64,000 bases of DNA, taken from the NCBI GenBank assembly GCA_964035545.1, contig OZ037768.1, positions 5,178,741-5,242,740 on the forward strand. The letters run 5' to 3'. The position numbers and the translations under genes were made by a program. Shown here one piece after another: positions 63,725 through 64,000 of this stretch (the stretch's first letter is position 1; the number at the start of each line of letters is the position of its first letter). The notes under the pieces are model-generated. The model ran no database searches, was not told the DNA's origin, and saw only the letters and a list, made by a program, of their open reading frames with translations. The stretch is from Bugula neritina (Eukaryota; Animalia; Bryozoa).

Positions 63725-63874
63725 CTTGCTAGAAAACTAACGGCAATGAGTACATCGCTTTTAGTAACATGAGTAATGTGAGCGTCTAAATGGCCGTAGC
63801 TGGGCTCCATCACAAAGGTGTCGGTTGGACAGGCAGAATGGAAAGTAATCTTACTGCTCCACATGCTGTGTGAC
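63725..63874 (-). CDS. DLEC1: Penultimate exon of a DLEC1/CFAP81-like ciliary protein gene (gene continues beyond the window)
   Basis: Minus-strand ttgcag|...GCA AG|gtcagt, 150 nt, encoding SHSMWSSKITFHSACPTDTFVMEPSYGHLDAHITHVTKSDVLIAVSFLAR. It resembles the recalled DLEC1 C-terminal F.V.P.SG.L.A...V.F.AR segment and is in phase with the exon at 62585. The family call is from memory. Confidence 0.68.
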
Positions 63875-64000
63875 CTGCAATTGTCATACAAACCTATACG
63901 TCTCACTATACTTATTTTATCCATATTCTTGCACCTTTTTCAAGGCAAGGAACTCATTTTAGCAGCCTAAGAAAACTAATTTATTATTTTGCAAAACATC

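Overview
AT-rich, intron-containing metazoan (invertebrate-like) genomic DNA; I cannot determine the taxon. Most of the window is a head-to-tail array of three nitric oxide synthase (NOS) genes on the + strand: copy A 1740-13164, copy B 21743-30906, copy C 42348-53042. Each splices by hand into an uninterrupted ORF of about 1060 aa from 23 shared exons, plus a candidate 15-nt micro-exon in copy A. The enzymes keep the Zn, heme, pterin, CaM, FMN, FAD and NADPH motifs, but they have no PDZ leader, no FMN autoinhibitory insert, no CD2A loop and almost no C-terminal tail. All three share a remodelled substrate pocket (mouse iNOS numbering Q257E, R260S, Y341F, and a one-residue deletion at G373 between E371 and R375). 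Between copies, near-identical and strongly diverged exons alternate, and the closest pair switches along the gene, as expected from ectopic gene conversion. Downstream are a class A peptide-type GPCR (single coding exon) that lacks N1.50, D2.50 and N7.49, and the last two exons of a convergent DLEC1/CFAP81-like gene. Repeats include a dead L2/CR1-type LINE abutting a 21-bp minisatellite, a hAT/Charlie-type MITE, a Tigger-type MITE and two tRNA-derived SINE fragments. All coordinates and family calls come from manual reading; no searches were run.
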